Assembly (NCBI GenBank): GCA_046292385.1
Contig: JBKBRF010000012.1
Location: 1 to 64,000 of the forward strand
Direction: 5' to 3'
DNA length: 64,000 nucleotides
Source: Armatimonadota bacterium
Lineage (GTDB): Bacteria > Armatimonadota > SYMT01
Shown here: positions 27,145-38,921 of the stretch, piece by piece
How positions within the stretch are numbered: the first letter of the stretch is position 1
Layout of the letters: each line of letters starts with the position of its first letter
The notes under the pieces: generated by a model
Told to the model about the DNA's origin: nothing
The model's input: the letters and a program-made list of their open reading frames with translations, nothing else
The model's database searches: none
Program-made: the position numbers and the translations under genes

Positions 27145-28311
27145 TTGGAACAGAAAATCGGACGTCAGCCGGAGGGCCTGGGGCAGTTCCGCACCCGCTT
27201 CCTGAACGGAGCGAATGGGAACGGAGCGGCCCACCTAAACGCGCAGCCAGCCCTGGTCCAGGTGCTGGATGACGACGGCGTCCCCGTGCAGCCGGTGGGA
27301 GACATCGCGGCCGAAGACCTCCGCTCGATGTACGAGTGGATGCTGCGGGTCCGCACCTTCGATACCCGCATGCTCAGCCTGCAACGGCAGGGCCGCATCC
27401 ACTTCTTCGTGCCGTCGTTCGGCGAGGAAGCCGCGCAGATCGGGACCGCCTGCGCGCTGCAGCCGGAGGACTGGGTCTTCCCCGCCTACCGGGAGCAGGG
27501 CGTGGCGCTCTACCGCGGTTACCCGCTGCAGAACCTGCTCTGCCAGATGCTCGGCAACGCCGAAGACTTTCTGCGGGGGCGCCAGATGCCGGACCACTTC
27601 GGCTCTCCGCGCTACCGCTTCGCCGTCGCCTCCAGCCCCGTCGGCACGCAGATCCCGCAGGCGGTCGGCGCCGCGTGGAGCGCGCGGCTGCGCCGGGAGG
27701 AGAGCGTGGCGGTGGTCTACTTCGGCGACGGCGCCACGTCCACCGGAGACTTTCACGCCGGCATGAACTTCGCCGCGGTGCAGCAGCTTCCGGTCGTCTT
27801 CGTCTGCAAGAACAACGGCTGGGCGATCTCTCTGCCGCGCGCCAAGCAGTGCCGCGCCGAATCGCTGGCGGACAAGGCCGCGGGCTACGGCATGCCGGGC
27901 GTGCGGGTAGACGGCAACGACATCCTGGCGGTCTACGAAGTGACCAAGGAAGCGGCCGAGTGGGCGCGCTCCGGCAGCGGCCCGATCTTCCTGGAGCTGA
28001 TCACCCAGCGGATGGGCAGCCACTCCACCTCCGACGACCCGACCCGCTACCGCGACCCGGAGCTGCTGGAGCCGTGGAAGAAGAAAGAGCCGATCGGCCG
28101 GTTCCGCAAGTACCTGGAGGCGCGCAAGCTCTGGTCGGCGCAGGACGAGCAGCGCGCGGTGTCGGAGGCGGATAGCCGGATCACGCAGGCGCTCAAGTGG
28201 GCGGAAAGCCTGCCCCGGCCCTCGTTGGAATCGATGTTCGAGGATGTCTACGCGGAGATGCCGTGGCACCTGCGCGAGCAGCTGACGGAAGCGCGCGGTG
28301 CCGGGGAGTGA
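27145..28311 (+). CDS. 2-oxoacid (pyruvate/branched-chain) dehydrogenase E1 alpha
   Basis: LQRQGR, GEEA, YRE, FGDGATS...NN TPP motif, HSTSDDP; TTG 27145 after GGAGG. Confidence 0.92.
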   Translation: MEQKIGRQPEGLGQFRTRFLNGANGNGAAHLNAQPALVQVLDDDGVPVQPVGDIAAEDLRSMYEWMLRVRTFDTRMLSLQRQGRIHFFVPSFGEEAAQIGTACALQPEDWVFPAYREQGVALYRGYPLQNLLCQMLGNAEDFLRGRQMPDHFGSPRYRFAVASSPVGTQIPQAVGAAWSARLRREESVAVVYFGDGATSTGDFHAGMNFAAVQQLPVVFVCKNNGWAISLPRAKQCRAESLADKAAGYGMPGVRVDGNDILAVYEVTKEAAEWARSGSGPIFLELITQRMGSHSTSDDPTRYRDPELLEPWKKKEPIGRFRKYLEARKLWSAQDEQRAVSEADSRITQALKWAESLPRPSLESMFEDVYAEMPWHLREQLTEARGAGE

Positions 28312-28320
28312 GGGGCTGAA

Positions 28321-29295
28321 GTGGCGGTACTGACCCTGATCCAGGCACTGAACCTGGCGCTCAAGGAAGAGATGCGCCGGGACGAGCGGATCGTGCTGCT
28401 CGGCGAAGACGTCGGGCGGCTCGGCGGCGTCTTCCGCGTCTCGGAGGGGCTGCAGCAGGAGTTCGGCGAGGAGCGAGTCGTCGACACGCCGCTCAACGAG
28501 TGCGGCATCGTCGGCGCGGCGATCGGTATGGCGATGACCGGCATGCGCCCGTGCGCGGAGATCCAGTTCGCCGACTTCATCTACCCCGCGTTCGACCAGA
28601 TCGTGAACGAGCTGGCGAAGGTCCGCTACCGCTCCGGCGGCCAGTTCACCGCGCCGGTGGTGATCCGGACCCCCTACGGCGGCGGCATCCACGGCGGCCA
28701 CTACCACTCGCAAAGCCCGGAGGCGTACTTCGTCCACACCGCCGGTCTGAAGGTGGTGATCCCCTCCAACCCGGTCGACGCGCGCGGCCTGCTGAAGTCG
28801 GCCCTGCGCGGCGAGGATCCCGTCATCTTCATGGAGCCGAAGCGGCTCTACCGCAGCGCCAAGATGGAGGTGCCGGAAGAGGAGACGCTGGTGCCGATCG
28901 GCGAGGCGAGCCGGGTCCGGGAAGGGGCCGACGTGACGGTGCTCTGCTACGGCGCCATGGTCCCTCCCTGCCTGCAGGCCGCGGACCGGGTGGCGGAATC
29001 CGGCACCACGCTCGACGTGCTTGACCTCCGCACCCTCTGGCCGCTCGACATCGAGGCGGTGGTCGCCAGCGTGCGGCGGACCGGCCGCGTCATCATCGTC
29101 CACGAGGCGCCGAAGGCGTGCGGCTACGGCGCGGAGCTGGCGGCGCAGATCGCGGAGCGCGCCATCGAATACCTGCAGGCGCCGATCGTCCGCGTTACCG
29201 GCTACGACACGCCGTTCCCGTTCACGCTGGAGGCGGAGTACCTGCCGAGCGTCGACCGCATCCTCAAGGCGGTGGAGCGGGTGCTCAAGTATTAG
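28321..29295 (+). CDS. 2-oxoacid dehydrogenase E1 beta
   Basis: GEDVG..GGVFR, DTPLNE, EIQFADF, HSQSPE, EPKRLY. Confidence 0.93.
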   Translation: MAVLTLIQALNLALKEEMRRDERIVLLGEDVGRLGGVFRVSEGLQQEFGEERVVDTPLNECGIVGAAIGMAMTGMRPCAEIQFADFIYPAFDQIVNELAKVRYRSGGQFTAPVVIRTPYGGGIHGGHYHSQSPEAYFVHTAGLKVVIPSNPVDARGLLKSALRGEDPVIFMEPKRLYRSAKMEVPEEETLVPIGEASRVREGADVTVLCYGAMVPPCLQAADRVAESGTTLDVLDLRTLWPLDIEAVVASVRRTGRVIIVHEAPKACGYGAELAAQIAERAIEYLQAPIVRVTGYDTPFPFTLEAEYLPSVDRILKAVERVLKY

Positions 29296-29323
29296 GCGTG
29301 CCTGGCCGGGCGGCGTGCGATCA

Positions 29324-29352
29324 TTGACGCGCCCTCGCGGGAGGGGTACAAT
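29324..29352 (+). promoter_or_regulatory. Sigma70 promoter for TPP riboswitch-thiC
   Basis: TTGACG-17 nt-TACAAT. Confidence 0.8.
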
Positions 29353-29353
29353 C

Positions 29354-29513
29354 CGTATTGCGTATTCCGTATTGCGTGACGGTGCGCAGCAGCCTTTTTG
29401 CAGCAGCTCCTGCCGGGCGGGGCGCTGCCAGCAACTCCTTCGCCCGGCACGATGGTCCGGCGAGCGGCACAGGCCGACCGCTACGCAATACGCAATACGC
29501 AATACGCAATACG
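29354..29513. repeat. Inverted heptamer arrays (CGTATTG)3 / (CAATACG)4
   Basis: Left arm 29354-29377, right arm 29483-29513, complementary to each other. Confidence 0.9.
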
Positions 29514-29518
29514 AGAGA

Positions 29519-29608
29519 ACTGCTGGGGGAGCTACGGCTGAGAGTCCCGAAAGGCTTCGGGACGACCCCTTGAACCTGATCCGGGTAATGCCGGCGCAGG
29601 GAAGCATG
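29519..29608 (+). ncRNA. TPP riboswitch
   Basis: GGGG...GCTGAGA...ACCC.TTGAACCTGATCCGGGTAATGCCGGCG.AGGGA consensus, upstream of thiC. Confidence 0.95.
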
Positions 29609-29743
29609 TCGACCTCCGCCATTCTGTCGGAACGCCGCTTGCCTCCTCGCAGGCGGCGTTGATTGCTTTCTGGGCGGCGGTCTCGCCGCGGCACGCTATT
29701 ACCAGCCGGGCAGCCCATGCGGTCCGCCTGGCGCAGTGAGTAA

Positions 29744-31522
<1,779 letters not shown>

Positions 31523-31534
31523 CGTCGCGGACGA

Positions 31535-31568
31535 CAGGAGGGGCCGCGATGCGGCCCCTCCTGCTTTC
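31535..31568 (+). terminator. Intrinsic terminator after thiC
   Basis: CAGGAGGGGCCGC-GAT-GCGGCCCCTCCTG-CTTT. Confidence 0.8.
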
Positions 31569-31675
31569 GGAGCGTCGGCTAGCAGGGCGGCGGTACTGCT
31601 CATCCCCTGAGCGGTAGGGCAAAGGGTACTCGCCAGTACCACAGAGAGAGGATGTCGCCCGCCGGTGCGGTTTTT

Positions 31676-31812
31676 GGAGTGCGGTAGCTTGCTACCGCTT
31701 TCGCCGCCGCATCCAACTTCGAACCGCCGCGACCGGAGAAACCTTGCCTTCGCTCGCAAGAAGCCACCGGGAACCGCGAGCTCCTCAAAGCGGAAGCGAG
31801 CTTCCGCACTCC
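31676..31812. repeat. REP doublet (REPIN-like)
   Basis: GGAGTGCGGTAGCTTGCTACCGCTTT ... AAAGCGGAAGCGAGCTTCCGCACTCC: two self-palindromic units in inverted orientation. Confidence 0.8.
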
Positions 31813-31947
31813 ACATGCCGTCCCGATGTGCCTTTCTCCGCCCTCGAGGTTGAGGTGAACGGCCCTCCGGAGGGGCTCCGGACGGTAAAACGAAAGAGTC
31901 CGCAATCCCGCGGATGTGGATCGTTCCGTCGGGAGCAGGAGCACGCC

Positions 31948-32532
31948 ATGGCGCTTCCACTCAGCGAGGTCAGCCCTCCGCTGCTCACCTATCAGGAGTA
32001 CCTATCGGAGGGGGAGATCCATGCCCGCTACGAGATCCTGGATGGAGAGCGGCTGTTCCTGACCAGTCCCACCCGCCGCCACCAGCGGATTCTGATGAAC
32101 GTCGCGCGGGTGCTTCGGGACTACGAGCAGGATACCGGGATGGGCGAGGTGCTGGTGGCGCCGCAGGACGTGCTCATCCGTAAAGAGCCGCTCCGAACGC
32201 GGCAGCCGGACGTGCTCTTCATCAGCCTCGACCGACTCGCGCAGTGCGCCCCGTCCGACGATCCCGCGCCGCTGCTCGTTGGCCCGGAGCTGGTCGTCGA
32301 GATCCTCTCCCCCAGCGAGAGCCGGCGGAGCCTGGCCGCCAAGATCGAGGACTACGCTGCGGTCGGCGTGCTGGAATGCTGGATCGTCGATCCGCGCGCC
32401 CGCGCGGTAGAGGTGCTCCAACTGACCGGCAGCGAGCTCGTTTCCAGCCTGACTCTGGGTGACGGCGCGGTGCTTACGTCCCCGAATCTCCCCGGCCTCT
32501 CGGCGGCCGTGTCCCTGTTCGTCGCGGAGTAG
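31948..32532 (+). CDS. Uma2-family PD-(D/E)XK endonuclease-like protein
   Basis: YEILDG, SPTRRHQ, RQPDV, PELVVEILSPS, K..DYA..GV.E.WIVDP; AGGAG RBS. Confidence 0.9.
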   Translation: MALPLSEVSPPLLTYQEYLSEGEIHARYEILDGERLFLTSPTRRHQRILMNVARVLRDYEQDTGMGEVLVAPQDVLIRKEPLRTRQPDVLFISLDRLAQCAPSDDPAPLLVGPELVVEILSPSESRRSLAAKIEDYAAVGVLECWIVDPRARAVEVLQLTGSELVSSLTLGDGAVLTSPNLPGLSAAVSLFVAE

Positions 32533-32677
32533 CCGAGGCGGGCGGCCAGCCAGGCGCCTGCAAACACCCGTTTTACATCCCGCTCCCGCTGCGGTAACAT
32601 AGGCGCCGCCGGAGTCCTGTGGTCGCGGCCACCCGCCCCGGGTGGAGAGCGGCCGGCGGGACGGGTGGGGAGTAGCT

Positions 32678-32944
32678 GTGGCGCAGGTTCTTTGCTCGGA
32701 GCAGGTCCAGGAGAGGCTGTCTGCCCTCTCGGATGAGGTGCGGGAGGCGGTCGAGCTGCGGCTCGGCTACCTGGAGGAGATGCCGCGGATGTACGCGGTC
32801 AGCACCGACGACCGCTTCCCGGGCTGCCGTACGTTCTGGGTCGATCCGTGCTACCGCGTCTTCTACATGGTCGCTGCGGTGGGCGACGACGTCTACGTGA
32901 TGGCGCTCGTCCAGGAAGAGATCGACCAGCCGGACGAGGAATAG
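32678..32944 (+). CDS. Small protein, possible RelE/ParE fold
   Basis: 88 aa; two helices then P...GCRTFWV..YRVFYMV.....VYV pattern; GGGGAG RBS before GTG 32678. Confidence 0.55.
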   Translation: MAQVLCSEQVQERLSALSDEVREAVELRLGYLEEMPRMYAVSTDDRFPGCRTFWVDPCYRVFYMVAAVGDDVYVMALVQEEIDQPDEE

Positions 32945-33017
32945 CGGGTAGCGTTTAGGTCTGTGTGCGGCAGACTGTGCCGCCTGACGGCGGGCTACTC
33001 CCCGTCTCCAGCCTGCG

Positions 33018-35030
33018 TCAGCGCGGGGTCCAGGCGGCGCCGTCTGGCGTGACTTGCAGGTCCCACCGCCTTCCGCGCCAGTGGAGGTTGCGCACGCGAA
33101 CCGCTTTCCAGTCCGGCGGCAGGCTCGGCGTGGCGCGGGGTCGCTCCGGATGCTCCGGGTCGGACTCCAGGCGCAGGCCGGCGAAGCCGTAGAGGACCGC
33201 TTCCACCACGCCGGCCGCGCCGGTAACGAAATAGAGGTTGTCGCGCGTCCGCTTCTCGCTGAAGAGCTGGAACGGCGGGCGGATGAACGGCCGGAAGCTG
33301 GCGCGGAACCGCTCCAGCGCCTCGTCATCGCGGCCCAGGCGCGCGGCGAGGATCGCGTGGACCGCGTCGGTCATCGCGGGGCCGGTGGGGATCACGTTCG
33401 GCGCGTACCGGTCGTACATCTTCCCCAGCTCTTCGGCGGAGAGCGGCTCCTCACCCGGATGCGCCAGCAGCAGCACGTCGGCCTGCTTCGCCTTCGTCTT
33501 CTCCGTGAAGCCGCGGTACGGCAGGATCAAGCCGGACTTCTCGTCTCGCAGGTAGGTGAGACCCTTCGCCACCTCTTCCCAGCGGGGGTTCACCGGCTGG
33601 CCGAGCGTCCGCGCGGTCTCCGCCGCGAAGCGCAGGTTCACCGCCGCGACGTGGTGCGTCCAGGCGCTGTGCTCCACCACCCCGGCCAGCTCATCCGGCG
33701 TGGTGACGCCTTCCACCACGTAGCCGGAGCCGCGCTGCTTCGCCCGGGCGACCCAGTTATCGGCCGTCTCCTTCAGGATCGGCCAGGCCGTCTCCTTCAG
33801 CCACGCGCGGTCTCCCGTTGCCTGGTAGAACTGCTTCAGCGCCAGGGCGAGGTCGCCGGTGACGTGCCGGCCGTGGCGGAACTCCTGCTGGATGATCGTC
33901 TCCTTACCGGTCGAGGCGCTCTCCCACGCGTAGCTGGCGCCGGGGAGCCCCTCCGCCTTCGCATTGGCGCGCGCGCCGGGGAGCGTGTCACGGCGGTAGC
34001 GGAGCATCGCCGCCGCCAGCTCCGGATGCTGCGGGAGCAGCGCGGGGAAGATCCAGCTCTCCTGGTCCCAGAAGACGTGCCCGTTGAAGGCGGGGGAGCT
34101 CAGCCCCATCGGCGGCACGCCCCACCGGTTCTCCGGGCGGGTGCTGGAGAGGAGGTGGAAGAGGCAGGCGCGGACCACCTGCTGCGCTTCCGGGTCGCCG
34201 TCGATCTCGATGTCGGCCGCCCAGAGCCGCTCCCAGGCGGCGCGATGATCTGCGAGCAAACGCTCCACGCCCGCGGTGGAGAGATCGGGGGGGATGCTCC
34301 GGACCTCCACGTCGGAGACGCGAGTCCAGAGGGCGAAGGTAGCTGTCTCGCCGGCCGGCACGGCGTACTCGTCGCTTCCCGCCGATCCGAGATCGGGGCG
34401 GTCCACCGGGAGTAGTCTCCGATAGATCATCCCGAGCTGCGGCTCCGGCAGGCCGGCTGGGATGCGGAGCTGCACCGGCGACGAGCTCCGGTTCTCCACG
34501 CGCGCCTGCAGCAGCGCCTGCCCCGGAAGGTGGCGCAGCGGCACGAGCCGCAGCTCCAGGTCGACCCGCCCGCTGCCGTTGTTCCAGCCGGCGCGGGTGT
34601 AGAGCAGCCCTTCCTTCAGCCGCAGCTCCTGCCGGTACTCCTCCACGTGCGACGGATCGCCTCCGTAGACCCGCTCTCCCGTGCGGATCTCCAGCGGCGT
34701 CAGCGGGGGCAGGCTGACCAGCGCTTCATTCTTGTAGAGCCCGGCCATGAACGCCGGCTCCGCGGCGGCGGGTGACCACCCGATGCCGGTCTGGGAGACG
34801 CGCTGCCCCAGCATCCCGTTCCCCAGGTAGGCGCCGCGGTAGTCGCCGTTCCACGAATCGGTGGAGAGGACCCACGGGTCGGCCGAGACCGCGACCGGCG
34901 CGGCGGGCCCGGTAGCGCGGGCCGCGAGCAGGCCCGGCTCCTCCGGACCGGACTCGGTGCGGCAGCCGGCGGCGGAGAGCGCGACCACGGCGCTGGAGAG
35001 CAGGCAGAGGGTTAGAGGGAGCTTTCGCAC
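33018..35030 (-). CDS. Glycoside hydrolase family 65, putative lipoprotein
   Basis: GNGMLG, GHVFWDQE, HVTGD, PDE, KQAD; LSAAGC lipobox after GTG 35030. Confidence 0.85.
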   Translation of the reverse strand: MRKLPLTLCLLSSAVVALSAAGCRTESGPEEPGLLAARATGPAAPVAVSADPWVLSTDSWNGDYRGAYLGNGMLGQRVSQTGIGWSPAAAEPAFMAGLYKNEALVSLPPLTPLEIRTGERVYGGDPSHVEEYRQELRLKEGLLYTRAGWNNGSGRVDLELRLVPLRHLPGQALLQARVENRSSSPVQLRIPAGLPEPQLGMIYRRLLPVDRPDLGSAGSDEYAVPAGETATFALWTRVSDVEVRSIPPDLSTAGVERLLADHRAAWERLWAADIEIDGDPEAQQVVRACLFHLLSSTRPENRWGVPPMGLSSPAFNGHVFWDQESWIFPALLPQHPELAAAMLRYRRDTLPGARANAKAEGLPGASYAWESASTGKETIIQQEFRHGRHVTGDLALALKQFYQATGDRAWLKETAWPILKETADNWVARAKQRGSGYVVEGVTTPDELAGVVEHSAWTHHVAAVNLRFAAETARTLGQPVNPRWEEVAKGLTYLRDEKSGLILPYRGFTEKTKAKQADVLLLAHPGEEPLSAEELGKMYDRYAPNVIPTGPAMTDAVHAILAARLGRDDEALERFRASFRPFIRPPFQLFSEKRTRDNLYFVTGAAGVVEAVLYGFAGLRLESDPEHPERPRATPSLPPDWKAVRVRNLHWRGRRWDLQVTPDGAAWTPR

Positions 35031-35470
35031 TGGAGCCACTCTTCGTAGGTCTTCTGGGGAGCCTCGCCGTAGCGCCGCATCGCGGCGAGCGCGCCCTCGG
35101 CGGGTGCCGGAATGCGGGCGATGGGGCACGGCAGCCACTCCACGTGCCCAAAGAGACGGCAGACCTGCGGGCGCACCGGGTAGATCGAGCAGCACCCCCG
35201 CTCCACGTCGCGGAAGCGGCACGCGGTGTAGAGCACGCCGTCCTCCATCTCCGTGCCGGGATACGGGACCACCTTGGGAAGCAGCTCCACCCGCCGCGCC
35301 TCCGCCCCCTCCTCGCTCTCGAGGAGCTCCCGGATCGCGCGGAATTCCGGCAGCAGCATCGGGACGCCGTCGATGCAGCGGGCGCCGCACTCGTCGCAGC
35401 CGTTGCAGGGCGACTGGTCGATCCCGGAGACGAAGCGCTGGACGTCGCGCAGTACGGTGAGCTCGTGCAT
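35012..35470 (-). CDS. YkgJ-family cysteine-cluster (Zn/Fe-chelating) protein
   Basis: CNGCDECGARC...CRF.....CSIYPVRPQVCRLF. Confidence 0.85.
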   Translation of the reverse strand: MHELTVLRDVQRFVSGIDQSPCNGCDECGARCIDGVPMLLPEFRAIRELLESEEGAEARRVELLPKVVPYPGTEMEDGVLYTACRFRDVERGCCSIYPVRPQVCRLFGHVEWLPCPIARIPAPAEGALAAMRRYGEAPQKTYEEWLQCESSL

Positions 35471-35530
35471 GGGGGGCTGGGGAGCGGCTTACTAGTACTC
35501 CGTCAAGCTGAGATTGATGGGCGGGAACGG

Positions 35531-35618
35531 CAAGGGAGAGTGGGCGAGAGGGGGAGCTTGAGAAGCTGCTTACGAGAGCGGCGCTCCCACTCCCCCACTC
35601 CCCCTTGCTCCCACTCCA
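35531..35618. repeat. Inverted octamer arrays (GGGAGAGT-like / ACTCCCCC-like)
   Basis: CAAGGGAGAGTGGGCGAGAGGGGGAGC ... GCTCCCACTCCCCCACTCCCCCTTG; same unit family as 3575-3665. Confidence 0.75.
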
Positions 35619-35685
35619 ATCCATCAGGAGTAGCGGGACACCACTAGAACGTTTTACCGCGTCGGCTCACGTGGAGTTCCGAAGG

Positions 35686-35925
35686 CTACCCCTGCAGCCG
35701 GCGCGTGAATTCGCGGCGGGCCAGCAGCACCCGGCGGCCGCAGGTATCGCACAGGAGCCCCACGTCGGCTCCCAGGCGGGTCACGGTCCATTGGTAGCCG
35801 CCGCACGCGTGCGGTTTGCGCAGCGCGACGTGGTCGCCGACCGCCGGTACGCGTGAAGGACCGGACCCCTCGCGGGGCCCGGTCCCGGATTCTTCCGCTC
35901 GTTCCGGCGTCTCGTCCGGAGGCAT
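35686..35925 (-). CDS. DUF951 family protein
   Basis: [37 protein letters not shown] overlaps the upstream TGA. Confidence 0.85.
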   Translation of the reverse strand: MPPDETPERAEESGTGPREGSGPSRVPAVGDHVALRKPHACGGYQWTVTRLGADVGLLCDTCGRRVLLARREFTRRLQG

Positions 35926-36929
35926 CAGCGGTCGTTCAGCGGCGGGGATACGCGCACCCGGCCGGAGCGCAGTGTGCGGTCCGTGTCGACCTCGCTCCGC
36001 ACGACGCGCCGCTTCGGCTCGCCCCAGTTGGGGTTCCGCGCCCAGCGCTCGTGCACCGGGTCGTAGACCCACGGGCTGTTCTCCCCCTCCACCGGCATAC
36101 GCGCCCGGGCCGCGGCGGCGGTCCGGTTGTCGGCCGGGCCGTTCATCGCCATGTCGGTGCCCAGCGGCATGTCCGCCCCGGGCGTGTTCCCCGCGCCGAT
36201 ACCCGCGCCCGCGACGGAGCTCATCATTTCGGGAGTCCAGACCGTGTTGCCGGAAGGAACCACCGGCATCCGGGCCTGGTCCGCGCGCCGCCGATCCTCC
36301 GGGTCGAGCCCCATCTTCTGGAGCGGCGACAGCGTCGATCCGAAGTCGGGCGTCGAGGGAAGGACCGAGAACCGGGCCGCCACCTCCGCCCGGTCGGACC
36401 GCCGCATCATCTGCTGTACGGTCGCCATCTGCGGCGGCGCCAGCACTTCCGGCTCCGGCTGCGGTTTAGGCTTCTGCGGCCGGCGCTCCGGCGCGGTGTA
36501 GCCGAGCGGCGGCACCGGGGCGGGCGTCATCGAGACGGGCGTCGTGGGCGTCGATACATACCCGGCGCCCCCGCTCCAGCTCGGCGTCGGGCTCGGGAAC
36601 TGGGTAAAGCCGGGAGCGGCGGCAGGGGTCGTCCCGCCGGTCAGGGGAGCAGTAGTGACCGGAGAGACGATCGACGCCGTAGAAGCGCTGGCCGGGAGCG
36701 GCGCGGGGCTCTGGGCCTGCCGGCCCGATCCACCGCCGGACATCCACCCGATCAGGAGCGCGATGGTGACAATCCCGCCGGCGCCGGCAGCCACGACCCA
36801 CCGGTTCGGTCCGCTCTCTTCTTCCACGTAGCTGCCCATCATCGTCGCCTCGTCTTTCAGTCCGAGGCCGCACTTGGGACAGAATTTCGCGTTGGGGTGA
36901 ATGCTATCGCTGCAATAGGGACACTTCAT
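35925..36929 (-). CDS. Zinc-ribbon, single-TM, Pro-rich protein
   Basis: MKCPYC...NAKFCPKCG, one TM segment, low-complexity remainder. Confidence 0.8.
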   Translation of the reverse strand: MKCPYCSDSIHPNAKFCPKCGLGLKDEATMMGSYVEEESGPNRWVVAAGAGGIVTIALLIGWMSGGGSGRQAQSPAPLPASASTASIVSPVTTAPLTGGTTPAAAPGFTQFPSPTPSWSGGAGYVSTPTTPVSMTPAPVPPLGYTAPERRPQKPKPQPEPEVLAPPQMATVQQMMRRSDRAEVAARFSVLPSTPDFGSTLSPLQKMGLDPEDRRRADQARMPVVPSGNTVWTPEMMSSVAGAGIGAGNTPGADMPLGTDMAMNGPADNRTAAAARARMPVEGENSPWVYDPVHERWARNPNWGEPKRRVVRSEVDTDRTLRSGRVRVSPPLNDR

Positions 36930-37076
36930 CAGAATCCTCGCTCCCCGGGCTCCCCCGCCCGGGCCCGCGCTATCAGGTAATTATCGGCGCCAGGCCGGAC
37001 TACGGGAGATACGTGCACTTAGACTGCTCCGGACCCGTTCGGGTTCCCCGGAGCCGGTTCTAGCAAACTGACTGGA

Positions 37077-38039
37077 TTAGAGGCCCGGCATGCCTCCGAG
37101 TCCGGTGAGCCCACCGAGCATCGACGAGCCGCTGCCGGTCTGTATGCGGAACTGCTGGTTCAGTCCCCGCCCGCGATAGACCTCCGAGAGCGCGAGGTTC
37201 GCCTGCCCGAGGTTGCGGTCGATCCGGGCGACGCCTTCGCTCCCCGCCCGCTTGATCGCCCCGATGTCGCCCGAAGCAAGCCCCTGCATCACCTTGGGAG
37301 TCGCCTCGATCTCTTCCTTCAGAGCGGCGAGGTAGAACTGGTCCAGCGCCTGGCAGTCGGCCGGCACCTGCGGCCGGGTCCGCATGATGTTCTGCTCGAA
37401 CGCGTGCATCGCCTGAACCGTCTTGTCGAGCCGCGCCTGGATCCGCCGCTGGAACTCCATCCCGTCCGCGTCCGGCTCCGACTGCGCCAGCATCGCCTGG
37501 AGGTAATCTTCCACCACCGAGTAGACCTGCGTCTCGCCCAGGGCCCGCAGGCCTGCCCGTTCGTCTTCCACGAACTTCAACCAGGCCAGGTACTTGTCGA
37601 AGTCGGAGTTGTCCCGCTGCGCCACCGGCTCCGCCGGCTTCTCCGGCCGGGACGGCGCGGTAACGATGCTCGAGCTCTCCTTCTCCGGTCGTCCCGGCAT
37701 CGCCACCATCGACGGTGCCTTCTTGGGCGCCGCGCCCGGGGCCGCCACCACGGAAGAAGCAGCGGCGTTCTTGAAGTAGACGCCGGCCCCCACCGCGCCG
37801 ACCAGCGCGAGGGCGATCAGCCCGGAGATCAGGATGATCCGGTTGTTCTGCGAGGCTGCCGCCGGAGCGGGCGGCGCGTACGGCGGCGGTGAAGGGGCCC
37901 CGTACTGGCCGGTCGCGTGCGGAGAGTGGGCTCCGCCTTGCGGCGCGTGGGAAGGCGGCGCGGCGGCGACGGCGGCCCCGCAGGCGTTACAGAAGCGACT
38001 GGCCGGCGGCAGACCGGCACCGCAGTTGGAGCATCGCAT
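37077..38039 (-). CDS. Zinc-ribbon, single-TM protein
   Basis: MRCSNCG...SRFCNACG, TM segment, helical C-terminal domain; GGAGGG upstream. Confidence 0.8.
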   Translation of the reverse strand: MRCSNCGAGLPPASRFCNACGAAVAAAPPSHAPQGGAHSPHATGQYGAPSPPPYAPPAPAAASQNNRIILISGLIALALVGAVGAGVYFKNAAASSVVAAPGAAPKKAPSMVAMPGRPEKESSSIVTAPSRPEKPAEPVAQRDNSDFDKYLAWLKFVEDERAGLRALGETQVYSVVEDYLQAMLAQSEPDADGMEFQRRIQARLDKTVQAMHAFEQNIMRTRPQVPADCQALDQFYLAALKEEIEATPKVMQGLASGDIGAIKRAGSEGVARIDRNLGQANLALSEVYRGRGLNQQFRIQTGSGSSMLGGLTGLGGMPGL

Positions 38040-38536
38040 TCCACCCTCCGCTGTCGTTCCGCGCGGGATCATGGCCGGAGCGCTGCCGCCCCTCTGCCGG
38101 GATGATAGGCCGGACGGGAGCTGCAAGTCAAAAGAATGCCAGCCTCACTCGTTCCTACCGGCTCTACCGCGGTTCGGTTCCGGGCCGGCTCTTCCCGCGC
38201 CCCGATAGGCTGTTAGACGACCGAGATGCTCCCCACGTTTCAACCGGAGTGCAATCGCGCCGGAGGCGGGAGCAGGCAAGCGGTTTCCGAGCCCGGAAAA
38301 GTGTGACGGCATTCCGGCGCTAGGAGAGAATGACGGGGGAAGCAGGCACTCGCTGCGCTCGGGCGCCGCCAGTACTTCGGCTCTTCCCGCGTCCATACGG
38401 CCCGCGCTCGTCTTGCGGCGCAGTCTGCCGCGCGCCGGGCGACCGGTCGACACACACCTCCCAGTGCGGCGTCCTGGACGCCGGCACTCGCCGGCGCCGG
38501 GGGCGTTTTCGCAACTTGTAGAGAAGGGGTACACCA

Positions 38537-38785
38537 ATGCCGTACGTGATCTGCGAGCCTTGCGTCGGAGTCAAGGACAAGGCGTGCGTGGAGATCTGCC
38601 CGGTAGATTGCATCTACGAGGGCAGCAAGGAAGGGTTTCCGGACCAGCTCTTCATCCACCCGGATGAGTGCATTGACTGCGGCGTCTGCCAGCCCGAGTG
38701 CCCGGTGAACGCCATCTTCCCGGAAGATGACGTGCCGGAAGAGTGGAACAACTACATCGCCATCAACCGGGACTTCTTCGCGTAA
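38537..38785 (+). CDS. Ferredoxin (7Fe, FdxA type)
   Basis: YVICEPC...[12 protein letters not shown]...[22 protein letters not shown]. Confidence 0.93.
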   Translation: MPYVICEPCVGVKDKACVEICPVDCIYEGSKEGFPDQLFIHPDECIDCGVCQPECPVNAIFPEDDVPEEWNNYIAINRDFFA

Positions 38786-38813
38786 GCGGCCCCGGATCGG
38801 CTCTAGAACGCAG

Positions 38814-38843
38814 CGGGCGCGGTCTTCCGGACCGCGCCCGTTT
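38814..38843 (+). terminator. Intrinsic terminator after ferredoxin
   Basis: CGGGCGCGGTC-TTCCG-GACCGCGCCCG-TTT. Confidence 0.7.
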
Positions 38844-38921
38844 GCCGTCTCGCGGTCCGGTTTACCGGCTCCGCCCCGTGGAAAGCCTGTAGCAGGTCAC
38901 ACGTTAGCCGGGTTTCTCTCC

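Noticed and set aside
35031..35624. Long N-terminal extension of GH65 in the 868-aa ORF call
   Set aside because: Overlaps the YkgJ-type gene and a repeat; the signal peptide begins at GTG 35030.
38040..38536. Hidden RNA or ORF upstream of ferredoxin
   Set aside because: No known motif or convincing ORF; consistent with a divergent promoter region.
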